From IMG/VR virus record IMGVR_UViG_3300002307_000003: a stretch of 64,000 bases of DNA; one strand, given 5' to 3'. The number at the start of each line of letters is the position of its first letter. The first letter of the stretch is position 1. Below the pieces are notes generated by a model, which ran no database searches, was not told the DNA's origin, and saw only the letters and a program-made list of their open reading frames with translations. Both the position numbers and the translations under genes were made by a program. Shown here in pieces: positions 25,953-35,833 of the stretch. Source of the stretch: a virus.

Positions 25953-28243
25953 TACGGACGTTCATCTCCAAATTCAGCAGTAATAAGATTTCTGCCCATT
26001 TCGTAATTACCATCAATAGTATCAGATTCAAATTTAAGTCTAATTTCACGATGCTCAATACGTAAATCAATTTTTTCTGTATTTTCATCAAATGCAAATG
26101 GGCCAGAATCTTCTATGGGGCCGCGAGCAAATTTACGACCTAATATGTTTAAATTCATAGAACCACTTTGTACAAAATCAGGTTCTAGTCGTCTTAAATG
26201 CATACGACGGTTAATACCAATTGCCGTATCTTCAGAAGGCGTACCACCTACCCAACTAATATCACAAGTTGTAAAACTTGAATAAATAGAAGATTCAGCA
26301 TTAAGTGTTATTTTGTTTAATCCTGATTCATGTTGCCAAATTGCGTAGCCACCTTTTATAATATAAACACTAGTACCTACACTTGGGGACGATCCAAATG
26401 TTGTTGCTACGGTAACTAAAGTTGCTCCTGGAATACCAATGGTTGTATTATTAATAAATTGACTTGTTGTAATTAAATATTTTGGGGCTGATATGGATTG
26501 ATTTGAAAACGTTAAATATTGACCAGGACTAAATACTCCAGATTGATCACCTGATAAATAGAATTGAAATGCTGTTGCAGCAGATTGTCCTGTTGGCGTT
26601 GATCTAATAGTGTATGCTACGCTATAGGAAACATTATAATTCCAATCACCCCAAACAGGTGAGGGGAATACTTCTGTAGTAAATCCACTTGATCTTTGAG
26701 CACCTTCTGCTTGACCTGCATCATACCAAATTTTATCTTTAGTATTATAAATAATAGCATCTGTACATTCTGTTGCTGATCCCCTTGGGTAAAAGAACCA
26801 AATTTCATTATATTTAGGAACTTTTGTAGCCCATACTTTTTGACGTTGAGTATAATTAATATTATCAAATAGCCAGTTTACATTTTTATCATTAGGTAAT
26901 ACATTGACTTGACCATTATATACATAGAATCTATCAACACCCATCCAAAAATATAATCCGTCCATTTCAACAACAGCGCTGGAAGACATAATAGATATTT
27001 GGCTAGAGACAATATCATACTGCCAATAAGTAGGAGGATTGTTAACAAATGAAACACGAATTAAGCTATCAGTTGCCCAAAATAATCCTGATGGTGAACT
27101 TGTACCACCGCGAACTGGCATGCCCTTAATAATTTTACCTGTAGCTACGTTAACCTGATTAGCAAATGTGCCATTCCAATCTGTAAGTGTTTGATTAGTA
27201 TAGACTGCATTAACATTATTATTGGCAATATATCCATTTGATCCATATACAAATATGAATGGGTGAAGTACGCAAACTCCACCATCCACTGAAATAGGTC
27301 TATATGTAGGGGATGTTCCGCTTGTATCGGCTAATCCCGTCATAACCCATTGATTATTAGCATTAGGAATAGTGGAACCTATATAAACTTGAGAAGCGAC
27401 ACCGTTATCTATATTGTTTAAATTTAATCCAGGATGGGATATTAAATTTAAAGTACCGCCTAAAGGGGAATATTGATAATCAAATTGCCATAATAATCTT
27501 GAATCCGTTTGAAAATAAGTGTTTGCTAAATATACAGTTGATAAAGTTCCAGAAATTGCAGACCCAAAATTAACAGTTGTAATACCTACAGCAAAAGATG
27601 ACGAAGATACTGTGTAAATAGTTGAATTTGCAGTTTGATTTGTTGTTGCGGTGCCTGTACCGGTACCTACACCTGTTGCAATAAAAGATACGCCCACTGT
27701 ATTAGAAGAGGCGCCTATTAAAGTAAAATTTGTTGTACCTACAGATGCAATGGTATAAGAAGTACCAACAACAAATGCACCAGAAGTAATAAGTTTAGAA
27801 AAAACAACTTTTGTACCTGCTGGAAAAGTGGAAGTATAATCCGTGGAACTAGAAATAGTAAAAGATGTTGTAGTATTTGTTGCTATTGTGAATGGAGCAT
27901 ACCCTGTAGCCATAATGGCTGAGTATGGGCCACTACCAATACCAAAAGATTGTCCTGTTGTAAAAACATCTAAACCATTTTGATTACCTGCAAAAACATA
28001 ATTAACGCCATTATAGGCATTCATAATCATACCACGTGGAATACCATTAAATGTATTTGATAGTGTATTGTATCCGCCTATTTTTTTAGGTATGCCACGT
28101 TGAAAGCGACACCAAACACCATCACTAAATTCACGGGATTCAAATGTAGTACCATCTCTTTTTATACCGGGTTGGACACCTAATGTATAAATTTGATTAT
28201 ACTGGGACTGTCCTTGCTGCTGCTGTTGTTGATCTGCAGCCAT
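25952..28243 (-). CDS. large tail/virion structural protein
   Basis: 763 aa, Ser/Thr/Gly-rich and beta-rich in composition, within the tail gene run. Confidence 0.6.
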   Translation of the reverse strand: MAADQQQQQQGQSQYNQIYTLGVQPGIKRDGTTFESREFSDGVWCRFQRGIPKKIGGYNTLSNTFNGIPRGMIMNAYNGVNYVFAGNQNGLDVFTTGQSFGIGSGPYSAIMATGYAPFTIATNTTTSFTISSSTDYTSTFPAGTKVVFSKLITSGAFVVGTSYTIASVGTTNFTLIGASSNTVGVSFIATGVGTGTGTATTNQTANSTIYTVSSSSFAVGITTVNFGSAISGTLSTVYLANTYFQTDSRLLWQFDYQYSPLGGTLNLISHPGLNLNNIDNGVASQVYIGSTIPNANNQWVMTGLADTSGTSPTYRPISVDGGVCVLHPFIFVYGSNGYIANNNVNAVYTNQTLTDWNGTFANQVNVATGKIIKGMPVRGGTSSPSGLFWATDSLIRVSFVNNPPTYWQYDIVSSQISIMSSSAVVEMDGLYFWMGVDRFYVYNGQVNVLPNDKNVNWLFDNINYTQRQKVWATKVPKYNEIWFFYPRGSATECTDAIIYNTKDKIWYDAGQAEGAQRSSGFTTEVFPSPVWGDWNYNVSYSVAYTIRSTPTGQSAATAFQFYLSGDQSGVFSPGQYLTFSNQSISAPKYLITTSQFINNTTIGIPGATLVTVATTFGSSPSVGTSVYIIKGGYAIWQHESGLNKITLNAESSIYSSFTTCDISWVGGTPSEDTAIGINRRMHLRRLEPDFVQSGSMNLNILGRKFARGPIEDSGPFAFDENTEKIDLRIEHREIRLKFESDTIDGNYEMGRNLITAEFGDERP

Positions 28244-29506
28244 TTAGAAAGTTCCGCCTGGTATAAGCCCCGCATTTAATGTTGCTGGTGTTGATATTTG
28301 AGGACTTGATGTATTAGTATTATCTATATTTAACATTAATACACTATTAGCTGTTAAGCCTAATTTACTAGTACCTTGTAAATACATACCAGTATGAATA
28401 TCATTTGTAAAAGAAAAGGATGGGTTAGTTTGTGATCCATTTGCTGCAAAAAATATAGAAGTTGATGTTTGAGTAATTGGATATATAACACCTGCATCTA
28501 CAACAATGGTGGCTACACTATTTGCACTTAATACAAAAGTTGATGAAGTTCCTGAGATAGAAAAAATAATATTATAAGCACTTGAAGTTGTACTATTTAC
28601 AAGTACATAAAGTTGAGTAATATTAGGTAAAGTAACTGTTAAATTAGTTGTACGCGTGCCCGATAACGCAACATAAGTTTGAATAATTGGAGCATAAGAT
28701 ACTAAACTATAGGTAGACCCAATAATACTATCTACATCATATGTTGCTGCAGAAAAAGTTACATTGGCTGGAACATTCCATCCTACTGTAAAAAATTTAC
28801 TTGTAGAAGAATCATATAAAATAGTACCGGAATCACCAGGATTTGTAATAATACTGGTTAGTCCATTAATGGTGGCTGGACTTGTTGGTGTAATTGTTAG
28901 TGACCCTGTGCCTGCATTTCTAAAACTAATATACCATCCAGATGAAAGTGTTGTTACGTTAGGTAGAGAAAAATTACCAGAACCGGAAGTCCATACAAAT
29001 GTAGCTGCTCGACTTGAATTAGAAATACTAGGAGATGTTGATACTTGAACAATATTACCTGTTGTTGCAAGTTGACCTGCAATTGTTGTAGTTAATCCAT
29101 ATCCAGCAAGGCTTGCTGCATCTGCAGAAGACGTTCCAGCACCAAATGTAATATTTTGCCAAACACCCGCAACCGTTGTATTATCTGTCAAGTAAAAATA
29201 TAAACAAACACCAGGCGCAATAGAAACAACAGAACCGCCCGTATTATTTTTTACAGTAAATGTATTGGATCCTTTATTGCGAATTAAAACATCAGCACCT
29301 AGGGTTCCTTGATTAGCTGCAGGTAGTGTAATAGATAATGATGTTGCAGATGCAACACAATCCATAACACGAGCCAAAGGAACTTGTGTGGCATTAACAA
29401 CAGTAGGCCAATAGAGTGTTTGGTTAGATGCAAAAGTTAATGCATAAAAAGAAACATCTGTTGGTTGTACAATGGTTCCTGTAAAAGGAGAAACAAAGGT
29501 TGTCAT
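28244..29506 (-). CDS. tail/virion structural protein
   Basis: 420 aa, Thr/Ser-rich. Adjacent structural genes are tightly packed. Confidence 0.55.
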   Translation of the reverse strand: MTTFVSPFTGTIVQPTDVSFYALTFASNQTLYWPTVVNATQVPLARVMDCVASATSLSITLPAANQGTLGADVLIRNKGSNTFTVKNNTGGSVVSIAPGVCLYFYLTDNTTVAGVWQNITFGAGTSSADAASLAGYGLTTTIAGQLATTGNIVQVSTSPSISNSSRAATFVWTSGSGNFSLPNVTTLSSGWYISFRNAGTGSLTITPTSPATINGLTSIITNPGDSGTILYDSSTSKFFTVGWNVPANVTFSAATYDVDSIIGSTYSLVSYAPIIQTYVALSGTRTTNLTVTLPNITQLYVLVNSTTSSAYNIIFSISGTSSTFVLSANSVATIVVDAGVIYPITQTSTSIFFAANGSQTNPSFSFTNDIHTGMYLQGTSKLGLTANSVLMLNIDNTNTSSPQISTPATLNAGLIPGGTF

Positions 29507-29509
29507 AGA

Positions 29510-30130
29510 TTAAGGTTCCTGAATAGTAGTATTGCGATCCACACGACGCGCATTGTCTTCTTTTTTAAGCGCAGCTAATGAATCATCATAGTATTGCTTC
29601 CAAATTGGAAGTTTGTCTAAAGCTTTTAAATAACCTTGTGCTTGGAGTAATGTACCAAATAACATGGCTTGGGGACACTCACGTGTAAATAAATTTTGTT
29701 GATTAGTTGAATCTAAAGGTTGAATTAAACTAAAGTACGTTATTTCTATTGGATAGGATGTATCGGGTGTTGGTGCAATTGCCCAATTATTATAATCGTA
29801 ATCTGCATAATACAAAGGTTGACCTGCATCAGATTCAGATTGATATTGAGATATATAATCTTGAGATCTAATTAAAATAGGAGCGCCATTTGTTTTCATT
29901 GAAATGGTTTTACGCCATCTTGCTGGTTTTTGTAAAATAACTTGACTAGCAGAAAGCGTTGTTTCAACAACAGTAAGCTGTAAGAATGTTTTAAGTTCTG
30001 ATGCAATAGCAGCTTCGGCTAATCCAATCAATGATGGAATTTGAGCTATAAATCCGGCATCATCGCGCTCCATATAAGAGATGATATCTGCAATTAAATT
30101 ATCATAAGTTTGTTGGTATGCGTTAGTCAT
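29510..30130 (-). CDS. virion structural protein
   Basis: 206-aa ORF with an ATGA-type junction to the upstream gene. Confidence 0.5.
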   Translation of the reverse strand: MTNAYQQTYDNLIADIISYMERDDAGFIAQIPSLIGLAEAAIASELKTFLQLTVVETTLSASQVILQKPARWRKTISMKTNGAPILIRSQDYISQYQSESDAGQPLYYADYDYNNWAIAPTPDTSYPIEITYFSLIQPLDSTNQQNLFTRECPQAMLFGTLLQAQGYLKALDKLPIWKQYYDDSLAALKKEDNARRVDRNTTIQEP

Positions 30131-31200
30131 TATCTAGTATAGTAACTTATGTTAGGTTGATAGTAAATAGGTGATTTATCACGTTCTTCATTTGCTGCAT
30201 CAGATTCAAGTTGAACTGCAATTTTTTCTAAATATGCAACTCGACCCATATCTATATTAGGTAATTGTAATGCAAGTTTATGGGATAAAGATGATTGAAT
30301 AGAACTAATCCAACGATCTGGTACATAAAGTTGATTTGTCAATGTACCAACATCTTGCATTTGTTTTTCAATAATAAGTTGAAACATTTGAAAATTATTA
30401 TTTGGTACTGGCCATAAATACATTGATGGGTCAATCGTACGATCAAACCAATATTGTAATGATCTGCCACTTGGAAATTGTTTATTAGGTAGATTCCAGT
30501 AATCATCACGATTTAAACGAGCAAGAGGAATAACTTGTTGAGATTGAGCAAATTGAATAGCTCGTAAAGAAAATGTTGTTGCAACAGTTTCACGTAATCG
30601 ATAGTAATAGTATGCTTGTGTGATATTGATTGGGTAATATGCCCACTCTTTATCGGCTAAAGTTATACTATCAAATTGATCTATCGCAGACCAAGTTGTA
30701 CCATCATTACTAGCTTCAAGTACTAAATTATAGGTAGCAGATCCACTTGGGGCATAAGCGTTAAAGCCTACATAAAAAATACGTGTTTGTTGTTGGTACT
30801 GAGCACCAAACCAATTTTTACTTATTGTAGATGTTGCATGCGTTTCAAGTGCTAAAGATTGATCAAATAGATTTGGAGAATATAAATTATCGACGGGAAG
30901 TGCTTCAGCAATAGTGGGATTAATAAGATAAACCCAGTTTGCTTCTTTGACATCAATGGTACCCGCAGGCATGGACATCCATTGGGTATAGGCTCTAGGA
31001 CCAATCAAATAATCTTCAAGTAACCAAAGATTAACGCCTCGATTAGATAGATTTTGTAAGATGTAAAAAAGAGCCTGTTTACCTGCATTGATATATTCAG
31101 GCGTCATTTCTTCTGCAGCTTTACCTGCATCACGATAGGCGTAAGAGATTAATTGATCTACATTAATCTTTGTTTGATTAATAGTACCTGAATAAGCCAA
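30130..31200 (-). CDS. virion structural protein (adaptor/tail-like)
   Basis: 356 aa. TTG start with GGGAGA upstream. Confidence 0.5.
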   Translation of the reverse strand: MAYSGTINQTKINVDQLISYAYRDAGKAAEEMTPEYINAGKQALFYILQNLSNRGVNLWLLEDYLIGPRAYTQWMSMPAGTIDVKEANWVYLINPTIAEALPVDNLYSPNLFDQSLALETHATSTISKNWFGAQYQQQTRIFYVGFNAYAPSGSATYNLVLEASNDGTTWSAIDQFDSITLADKEWAYYPINITQAYYYYRLRETVATTFSLRAIQFAQSQQVIPLARLNRDDYWNLPNKQFPSGRSLQYWFDRTIDPSMYLWPVPNNNFQMFQLIIEKQMQDVGTLTNQLYVPDRWISSIQSSLSHKLALQLPNIDMGRVAYLEKIAVQLESDAANEERDKSPIYYQPNISYYTR

Positions 31201-31203
31201 AAT

Positions 31204-31377
31204 TTATCTCCCGCGACCGGCAGCTTTGCGCATTGGCTTTTGACTAAAGGATTTACCTTTATCGGCTCTTGCGAACTCCTTACCTACTTTTTGTGAAATC
31301 CCTACTTTTTTTGCAAAAGTTGGAGAATGGGCTACACCCTCCATAAGATTATGCTGTGATTTAGATTTGCTAGGCAT
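31204..31377 (-). CDS. small conserved basic protein (57 aa)
   Basis: Below the track cutoff. MPSKSKSQHNLMEGVAHSPTFAKKVGISQKVGKEF. TAATG overlap with the upstream gene. Confidence 0.5.
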   Translation of the reverse strand: MPSKSKSQHNLMEGVAHSPTFAKKVGISQKVGKEFARADKGKSFSQKPMRKAAGRGR

Positions 31378-32342
31378 TATTGATCCGTAGTTCTTTGATT
31401 AGCAGTTTGAAATTGTGGTGAATTTAAAAGTGCATCAACGCTTTGTGGATTTTGACCACTTCTTGAATATGGATTATTCATAACAGCATTTGTTGGATTT
31501 ACATAAGCTGGAGGTTGATTAGCATTGAATGTAGTATTCATTGCATTTGGATTAGCGGCTTGTTGAGCTTGTTGTCCACCTTGCATACCAGATTTTTGAT
31601 GTGCTGCTAACTGTGCTGCTAACATAGCTTGAAGAACTCGTTGTTTCATCATTTGTTGTTGATTATTATTCAAACGACCTGGGCCATTAGCTCCACCACT
31701 AGTACCTTGATTAGGGGATCCCATAATTCCAGCATTACTTGTAGGCATTACACCAGTTAGTGCACCATCAGCCATGTGTTTAATGTGTCCACCTTTTTTA
31801 TAACCATCGATATCATCAATAGCATTGATACCTTTACGGTTTGGTTTGACTGCTGCTTTGTTAGGAGCATCAGCTTTTTTGTCGCTTGTTGGTTTTACTT
31901 TTTTAATAGCATCTTTGTCGCCAGCTGGTTTTGATTTTTCTTTTTCTACATCAGAACCGTTAAAGTTTGGTTTAACTTCAGCTTTTGATGGAGCATTAGC
32001 TTTCTTAGCGCCAGTTGCTTTTACTTTTTTAATTGTGTCTAAATCGCCTGAAGATTTCTTCATTTCGATTGCGCCGCCAGCTTTATATTTTTTAACTGTG
32101 CCAGCTTCTTTTTTAACACGATTACCTTTTTTGAGTTTGATCTCTGTTGGCTCTTTATCGTGTTCTGCTTTGTCGTGTTGTTTGAATGCTTTTTTGATGA
32201 GGGCTTTATCTTGGCCTAAATCAGCTTTACCACCTTCGCTGTATTTACCACCTTTTTTCATGGCACCGCCGCCACATTTTTTAGCAGCTTCACTTACGCT
32301 GCCGCCGCACTTCATTTTTGGGAGTTTTTTAAATCCGTCCAT
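31377..32342 (-). CDS. Lys-rich virion protein with internal tandem repeat
   Basis: 321 aa. An approximately 43-aa unit is repeated (GDLDTIKKVKATGAKKANAPSKAEVKPN / GDKDAIKKVKPTSDKKADAPNKAAVKPN). Several K-x-GG motifs. Confidence 0.6.
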   Translation of the reverse strand: MDGFKKLPKMKCGGSVSEAAKKCGGGAMKKGGKYSEGGKADLGQDKALIKKAFKQHDKAEHDKEPTEIKLKKGNRVKKEAGTVKKYKAGGAIEMKKSSGDLDTIKKVKATGAKKANAPSKAEVKPNFNGSDVEKEKSKPAGDKDAIKKVKPTSDKKADAPNKAAVKPNRKGINAIDDIDGYKKGGHIKHMADGALTGVMPTSNAGIMGSPNQGTSGGANGPGRLNNNQQQMMKQRVLQAMLAAQLAAHQKSGMQGGQQAQQAANPNAMNTTFNANQPPAYVNPTNAVMNNPYSRSGQNPQSVDALLNSPQFQTANQRTTDQ

Positions 32343-32395
32343 TATGTATCCTCGAGGTTAAATTTGATTGAAATGGGATGATCAGTCCTTATGTG

Positions 32396-32426
32396 TACTA
32401 ATGCATAAATATCAGGCTTTTCGCCC
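32396..32426 (-). promoter_or_regulatory. bipartite promoter-like element GGGCG-N16-TGCATTAGTA
   Basis: TACTAATGCA 32396-32405, 16 nt, then CGCCC 32422-32426. Overlaps the 3' end of the lysozyme gene. Confidence 0.6.
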
Positions 32427-32927
32427 TGTTAGGAATAATTCTCTTTCGACCTTACGTCTTTGCTCTAAAACCGCAGGTTTATTCCATAAAAGCATAGCAT
32501 TTGCGGCTCCTACATAGTCATTTCGATTAAGTTTTTTAACGACTAAAGATGATCTAAATCGATCTGCACCTATATTAAAGCAAAAACTATAAAGGGCGTC
32601 ATATTGGAATTCTGTCAGTTGAGCTGTCACTGATTCAGCAATCATGGTTTTACAGACTTCTAAGTCCTCTTCAAATAAAGAGAACACTTCTTTGTCTGTC
32701 AAGGTCGCTGTTTTAAGATACCGTTCAGAAGGCTTAATAAGGTGCCCTATACCAATAGTTAAATACCCCTTGGCATCATGATATGCTGTATTTTTAAACC
32801 CCTCCAAACGTTGTATAAATACAATATGATGAGGTTTAAAATTATTAAAAGTAAAAGATTGTTCAGTATTACAAACTGAACTAAATATTAAAAGTGCGAA
32901 CGAAATGTACAGTACTAATTTTTTCAT
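32412..32927 (-). CDS. GH24 (T4/lambda-type) lysozyme with N-terminal signal/SAR-like segment
   Basis: FIQRLEGFKNTAYHDAKGYLTIGIGH catalytic region. ATG 32927 gives MKKLVLYISFALLIFSSVC. AAGGA RBS. Confidence 0.8.
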   Translation of the reverse strand: MKKLVLYISFALLIFSSVCNTEQSFTFNNFKPHHIVFIQRLEGFKNTAYHDAKGYLTIGIGHLIKPSERYLKTATLTDKEVFSLFEEDLEVCKTMIAESVTAQLTEFQYDALYSFCFNIGADRFRSSLVVKKLNRNDYVGAANAMLLWNKPAVLEQRRKVERELFLTGRKA

Positions 32928-33051
32928 AGTAAGTCCTTTCCTTGCGTCATGATACCGCAATTTAAGTAGTAAATCTATAATTAATTTAGGGTTGGAAAAC
33001 GCCTAGGATTGAAGAATCCGAGGGTTAAATGAATGTTTCATGAGGTACCTC

Positions 33052-33492
33052 CTATGAGAATAGCCGTGTGCCATTACGGTCTATGATGAGTTTTTGGAGT
33101 CGTGGCGCTTGCCCTTGGGGAGCAAAGCCGATATGACACCATCGATCAAATTCCAGTATGACTTGATCGTATTTAAGATCGCTTCCAATAATCGCAAGTA
33201 CGATATTGTGAGGCGAACCAAAAGCCGGACAAATAATATCCGCTGCCAAGCCTTTTGTGTGCGCGCTGGTAGGTTTACTACCCAGCAACTCATTAACAGC
33301 GAGGCTACGGTAAGCACTGTTAACGTGTATAGGATTATGTAAAATAGTTCTAACATCTTCTAACCTCTCTGCAAGGGTTTGTAAATTACTTAATATTACA
33401 CTATCCGTTGGCTTATTGTCAATGTTTTGACGGTCTGCTATTTCTGAGGCAAATAGCTCTTCCAACGTGAAGTGCGGGGTTAATCGGGTCAT
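33052..33492 (-). CDS. peptidase M15 (D-Ala-D-Ala carboxypeptidase-like) endolysin
   Basis: HFTLEEL, SAYRS, SAHTKGLAADI and a later H (WCHIGF) match the Peptidase_M15_3 zinc site. Confidence 0.8.
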   Translation of the reverse strand: MTRLTPHFTLEELFASEIADRQNIDNKPTDSVILSNLQTLAERLEDVRTILHNPIHVNSAYRSLAVNELLGSKPTSAHTKGLAADIICPAFGSPHNIVLAIIGSDLKYDQVILEFDRWCHIGFAPQGQAPRLQKLIIDRNGTRLFS

Positions 33493-34004
33493 TCTTCTGA
33501 TTGTTTATTAGACATTGGAGTTGAATGAAATAACATTTGGTCCTTGGCTTGACTACCTGCTGAAGATCCAAAATAAAAACCAATGACGCCTGTCCAGGCG
33601 GTACCTAATGATCCTAACATAATCATTAAAGCATTATTAGTTGGATCAACTTTATTAAAAAATAATAAAATAAGAATACCAAAAAATCCAACGGTAGTAA
33701 TAGAAGCTAGGATAGCTGGAATTTTTGATTGGGTGGCAATCTGCATATTTCTTGCAGATTCTTGATTCTTTTCTTCTATTTCAGCAAAGTTTAAACCAAG
33801 AGATTGCGCTTGTTTTTGAAGTTCTATTTCGGCAATCTTAACCTGTGCTAATTGATCCGCATTTAATTTGCCAGTAGTAATGATATCATTAACTGTATCT
33901 GGAGCTATATCTAATGCTTTAGATAACGCAGTTACAGCCAATCCAGCTAATGGCCCACCAAGGGCGGATGCTATAGTCGGAGCAATTTGTAACAGCCAAT
34001 TCAT
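33489..34004 (-). CDS. holin-like membrane protein (3 hydrophobic segments)
   Basis: Hydrophobic segments near the N-terminus and two near the C-terminus (IPAILASITTVGFFGILILLFF, ALMIMLGSLGTAWTGVIGFYFG). Resembles GTA_holin_3TM-type proteins. Sits next to the endolysins. Confidence 0.6.
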   Translation of the reverse strand: MNWLLQIAPTIASALGGPLAGLAVTALSKALDIAPDTVNDIITTGKLNADQLAQVKIAEIELQKQAQSLGLNFAEIEEKNQESARNMQIATQSKIPAILASITTVGFFGILILLFFNKVDPTNNALMIMLGSLGTAWTGVIGFYFGSSAGSQAKDQMLFHSTPMSNKQSEE

Positions 34005-34240
34005 TATGGCTTATCTACTTTTTGATCTAATTTATCTTCGATGCGATGAAGTAAATTAATGATCTCATCCCAACGATCGTGAAATTCGTCACGTCTCATG
34101 TATACCGCTGGAATAGAAGCTTTAAAATCAGATAAATCATCTTTTAATTCTTGAACCGCGTTCCATAACTCTTTACAAAACCAACCGATGCAAACGCATA
34201 TAAGCGGCAAAATAGTATTAATAAGTGATTGCATCTCCAT
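34004..34240 (-). CDS. membrane-anchored coiled-coil protein (spanin/antiholin-like)
   Basis: N-terminal TM segment LINTILPLICVCIGWF, then a charged helical region. Confidence 0.45.
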   Translation of the reverse strand: MEMQSLINTILPLICVCIGWFCKELWNAVQELKDDLSDFKASIPAVYMRRDEFHDRWDEIINLLHRIEDKLDQKVDKP

Positions 34241-34250
34241 GACTTTCTTC

Positions 34251-34394
34251 TTATTTAGTAAGTAATGTATCTAATTTTTGTAATAAAACTATAGTTTCTT
34301 CAACTAATGCTTTAACTGCTTTTAATAGGATTTTAATTATCCATAATGCTGCAGATTTTAAAAAATCAACTAATTGTACTAATTTTTCTTTCAT
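34251..34394 (-). CDS. small amphipathic protein (47 aa)
   Basis: Below the track cutoff. AAGGAG RBS. MKEKLVQLVDFLKSAALWIIKILLKAVKALV. Confidence 0.45.
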   Translation of the reverse strand: MKEKLVQLVDFLKSAALWIIKILLKAVKALVEETIVLLQKLDTLLTK

Positions 34395-34408
34395 GTGTTG
34401 CTCCTTGG

Positions 34409-35278
34409 TTATTGTATTACTTTTAAATCATTAATAAACTTAATACTTGGTAATTCAATTTTATAGTAATTATTGCTTTTTATATCAATGACTAATACAA
34501 AACAAGATTGAGATTTAGCATTTTTTTTAAAATTAACTGAGCATCCCACAATGATTTTATCATCAAGAATACTAAGTCCTCTTAAAAATGTACTATCACT
34601 ATCAACAATTTTATGAGCACTAAATTGCTGTGTCTCTAAATTAATCTCTAGTATTTCACCAGTACCTGTAGATAGTGTATACATAAGATTATTATAAAAT
34701 TGTATACCATGGCAACATTTACCGGCTTTTGCTACTAACTTCGCGTCTAATGTTTTTTTATCAATATATCCAAAATCAGATTCTACGATATTTTTATTGT
34801 GTCGACAAAAATATATTTTATCTCCACCATCAAACAATGAGTTAAGATGTCTTGAATCAAGTTGATCTGCCGTTTCTGGCACATTGTGAATATCAACACG
34901 ATTCAAAAGATTCACATTAACAAATCTATTTAATTTATTTTTTACATCATGAATACCAATGGTATCTATGGCAGTATGGCATATATAAAAAGTATCTTGA
35001 TCTTTGATAATTTGATGGGTATTAATCATCATGGGGACATTGATATTTTTTATATAAGCATATGTTGTTTTATCAAATTGTGCAAGTTTACTATTTGATG
35101 CCACATAAATATATTGGTCATCAATATCTATACCGAAAGGCCTGTAAGTAGGTCGTCCCTTATCTTTAAGACTCGGGGCATCAAGTTCTTTTGTTTTACT
35201 TTGACGATGTATTTCTTTATTAGTTTCTAAATCAATAACAAGAAAATCGCATTCTTCTGTGGTAACTAAGAGTTTCAT
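34409..35278 (-). CDS. hypothetical protein (repeat/beta-propeller-like)
   Basis: 289 aa, in a very AT-rich segment. No motif recognised. Confidence 0.5.
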   Translation of the reverse strand: MKLLVTTEECDFLVIDLETNKEIHRQSKTKELDAPSLKDKGRPTYRPFGIDIDDQYIYVASNSKLAQFDKTTYAYIKNINVPMMINTHQIIKDQDTFYICHTAIDTIGIHDVKNKLNRFVNVNLLNRVDIHNVPETADQLDSRHLNSLFDGGDKIYFCRHNKNIVESDFGYIDKKTLDAKLVAKAGKCCHGIQFYNNLMYTLSTGTGEILEINLETQQFSAHKIVDSDSTFLRGLSILDDKIIVGCSVNFKKNAKSQSCFVLVIDIKSNNYYKIELPSIKFINDLKVIQ

Positions 35279-35820
35279 AGGTCTAACTCCAATATGAAAT
35301 TAATAACCACTCTTCGTTTATAATTTTTAGGTACTGCAGATCTATGTGTTGTTTTTGAATTAAACCAAACACAGTTACCTTTTTTAGGTGACGAGGTTAG
35401 TACGACTGTCTTTCCATCATCATTAAATACTGTAGTATCACCATCTGAATCTGTGACGTAATATACAAAACTTACAAAATTAGCCGGATTAAATATATCC
35501 ATATCCGTATGGATTAGGTTTTCAAGTGATGCTTCTGTGTGTGCTATATTAGGTAATAGATTTCCTTTAATGCGTACTACTCGTTTTATTTTTAATCCTG
35601 TTTTTTCAACAAAGTAGCCAACCATTGCATTGACTAAATTAAAATGTGGTGACCATACTTTACGTTGTAAATAAAAAACATGGGTCATTTGGAAGATGTC
35701 TTTATCGGGGGTTGCTGGTACGATATTTTCTGAATTCCATTGCCATGGAAATGATTTAGACATCATGAGCTTATGTACAGCATCCTCCAGCTCCTGAGGG
35801 AGTAGTTTTTCAATAATCAT
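35275..35820 (-). CDS. 2OG-Fe(II) oxygenase-like protein
   Basis: IHTDMD (HxD) and a later THRS...RRVVINF, consistent with the oxygenase facial triad plus Arg. Confidence 0.45.
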   Translation of the reverse strand: MIIEKLLPQELEDAVHKLMMSKSFPWQWNSENIVPATPDKDIFQMTHVFYLQRKVWSPHFNLVNAMVGYFVEKTGLKIKRVVRIKGNLLPNIAHTEASLENLIHTDMDIFNPANFVSFVYYVTDSDGDTTVFNDDGKTVVLTSSPKKGNCVWFNSKTTHRSAVPKNYKRRVVINFILELDL

Positions 35821-35833
35821 ACGATTATTTTCC

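Noticed and set aside
31825-32361. Plus-strand ORF 31825-32361 (178 aa, Leu/Phe/Ser/Pro-rich).
   Set aside because: Antisense of the Lys-rich virion gene 31377-32342 (AAA/AAG codons read as TTT/CTT). No RBS.
33052-33075. A strong AGGAGG plus ATG at the 3' end of the M15 gene, opening a 12-codon ORF (MKHSFNPRILQS).
   Set aside because: It is too short and unconserved-looking to call. It may simply be a chance SD or a translational coupling remnant upstream of the lysozyme gene.
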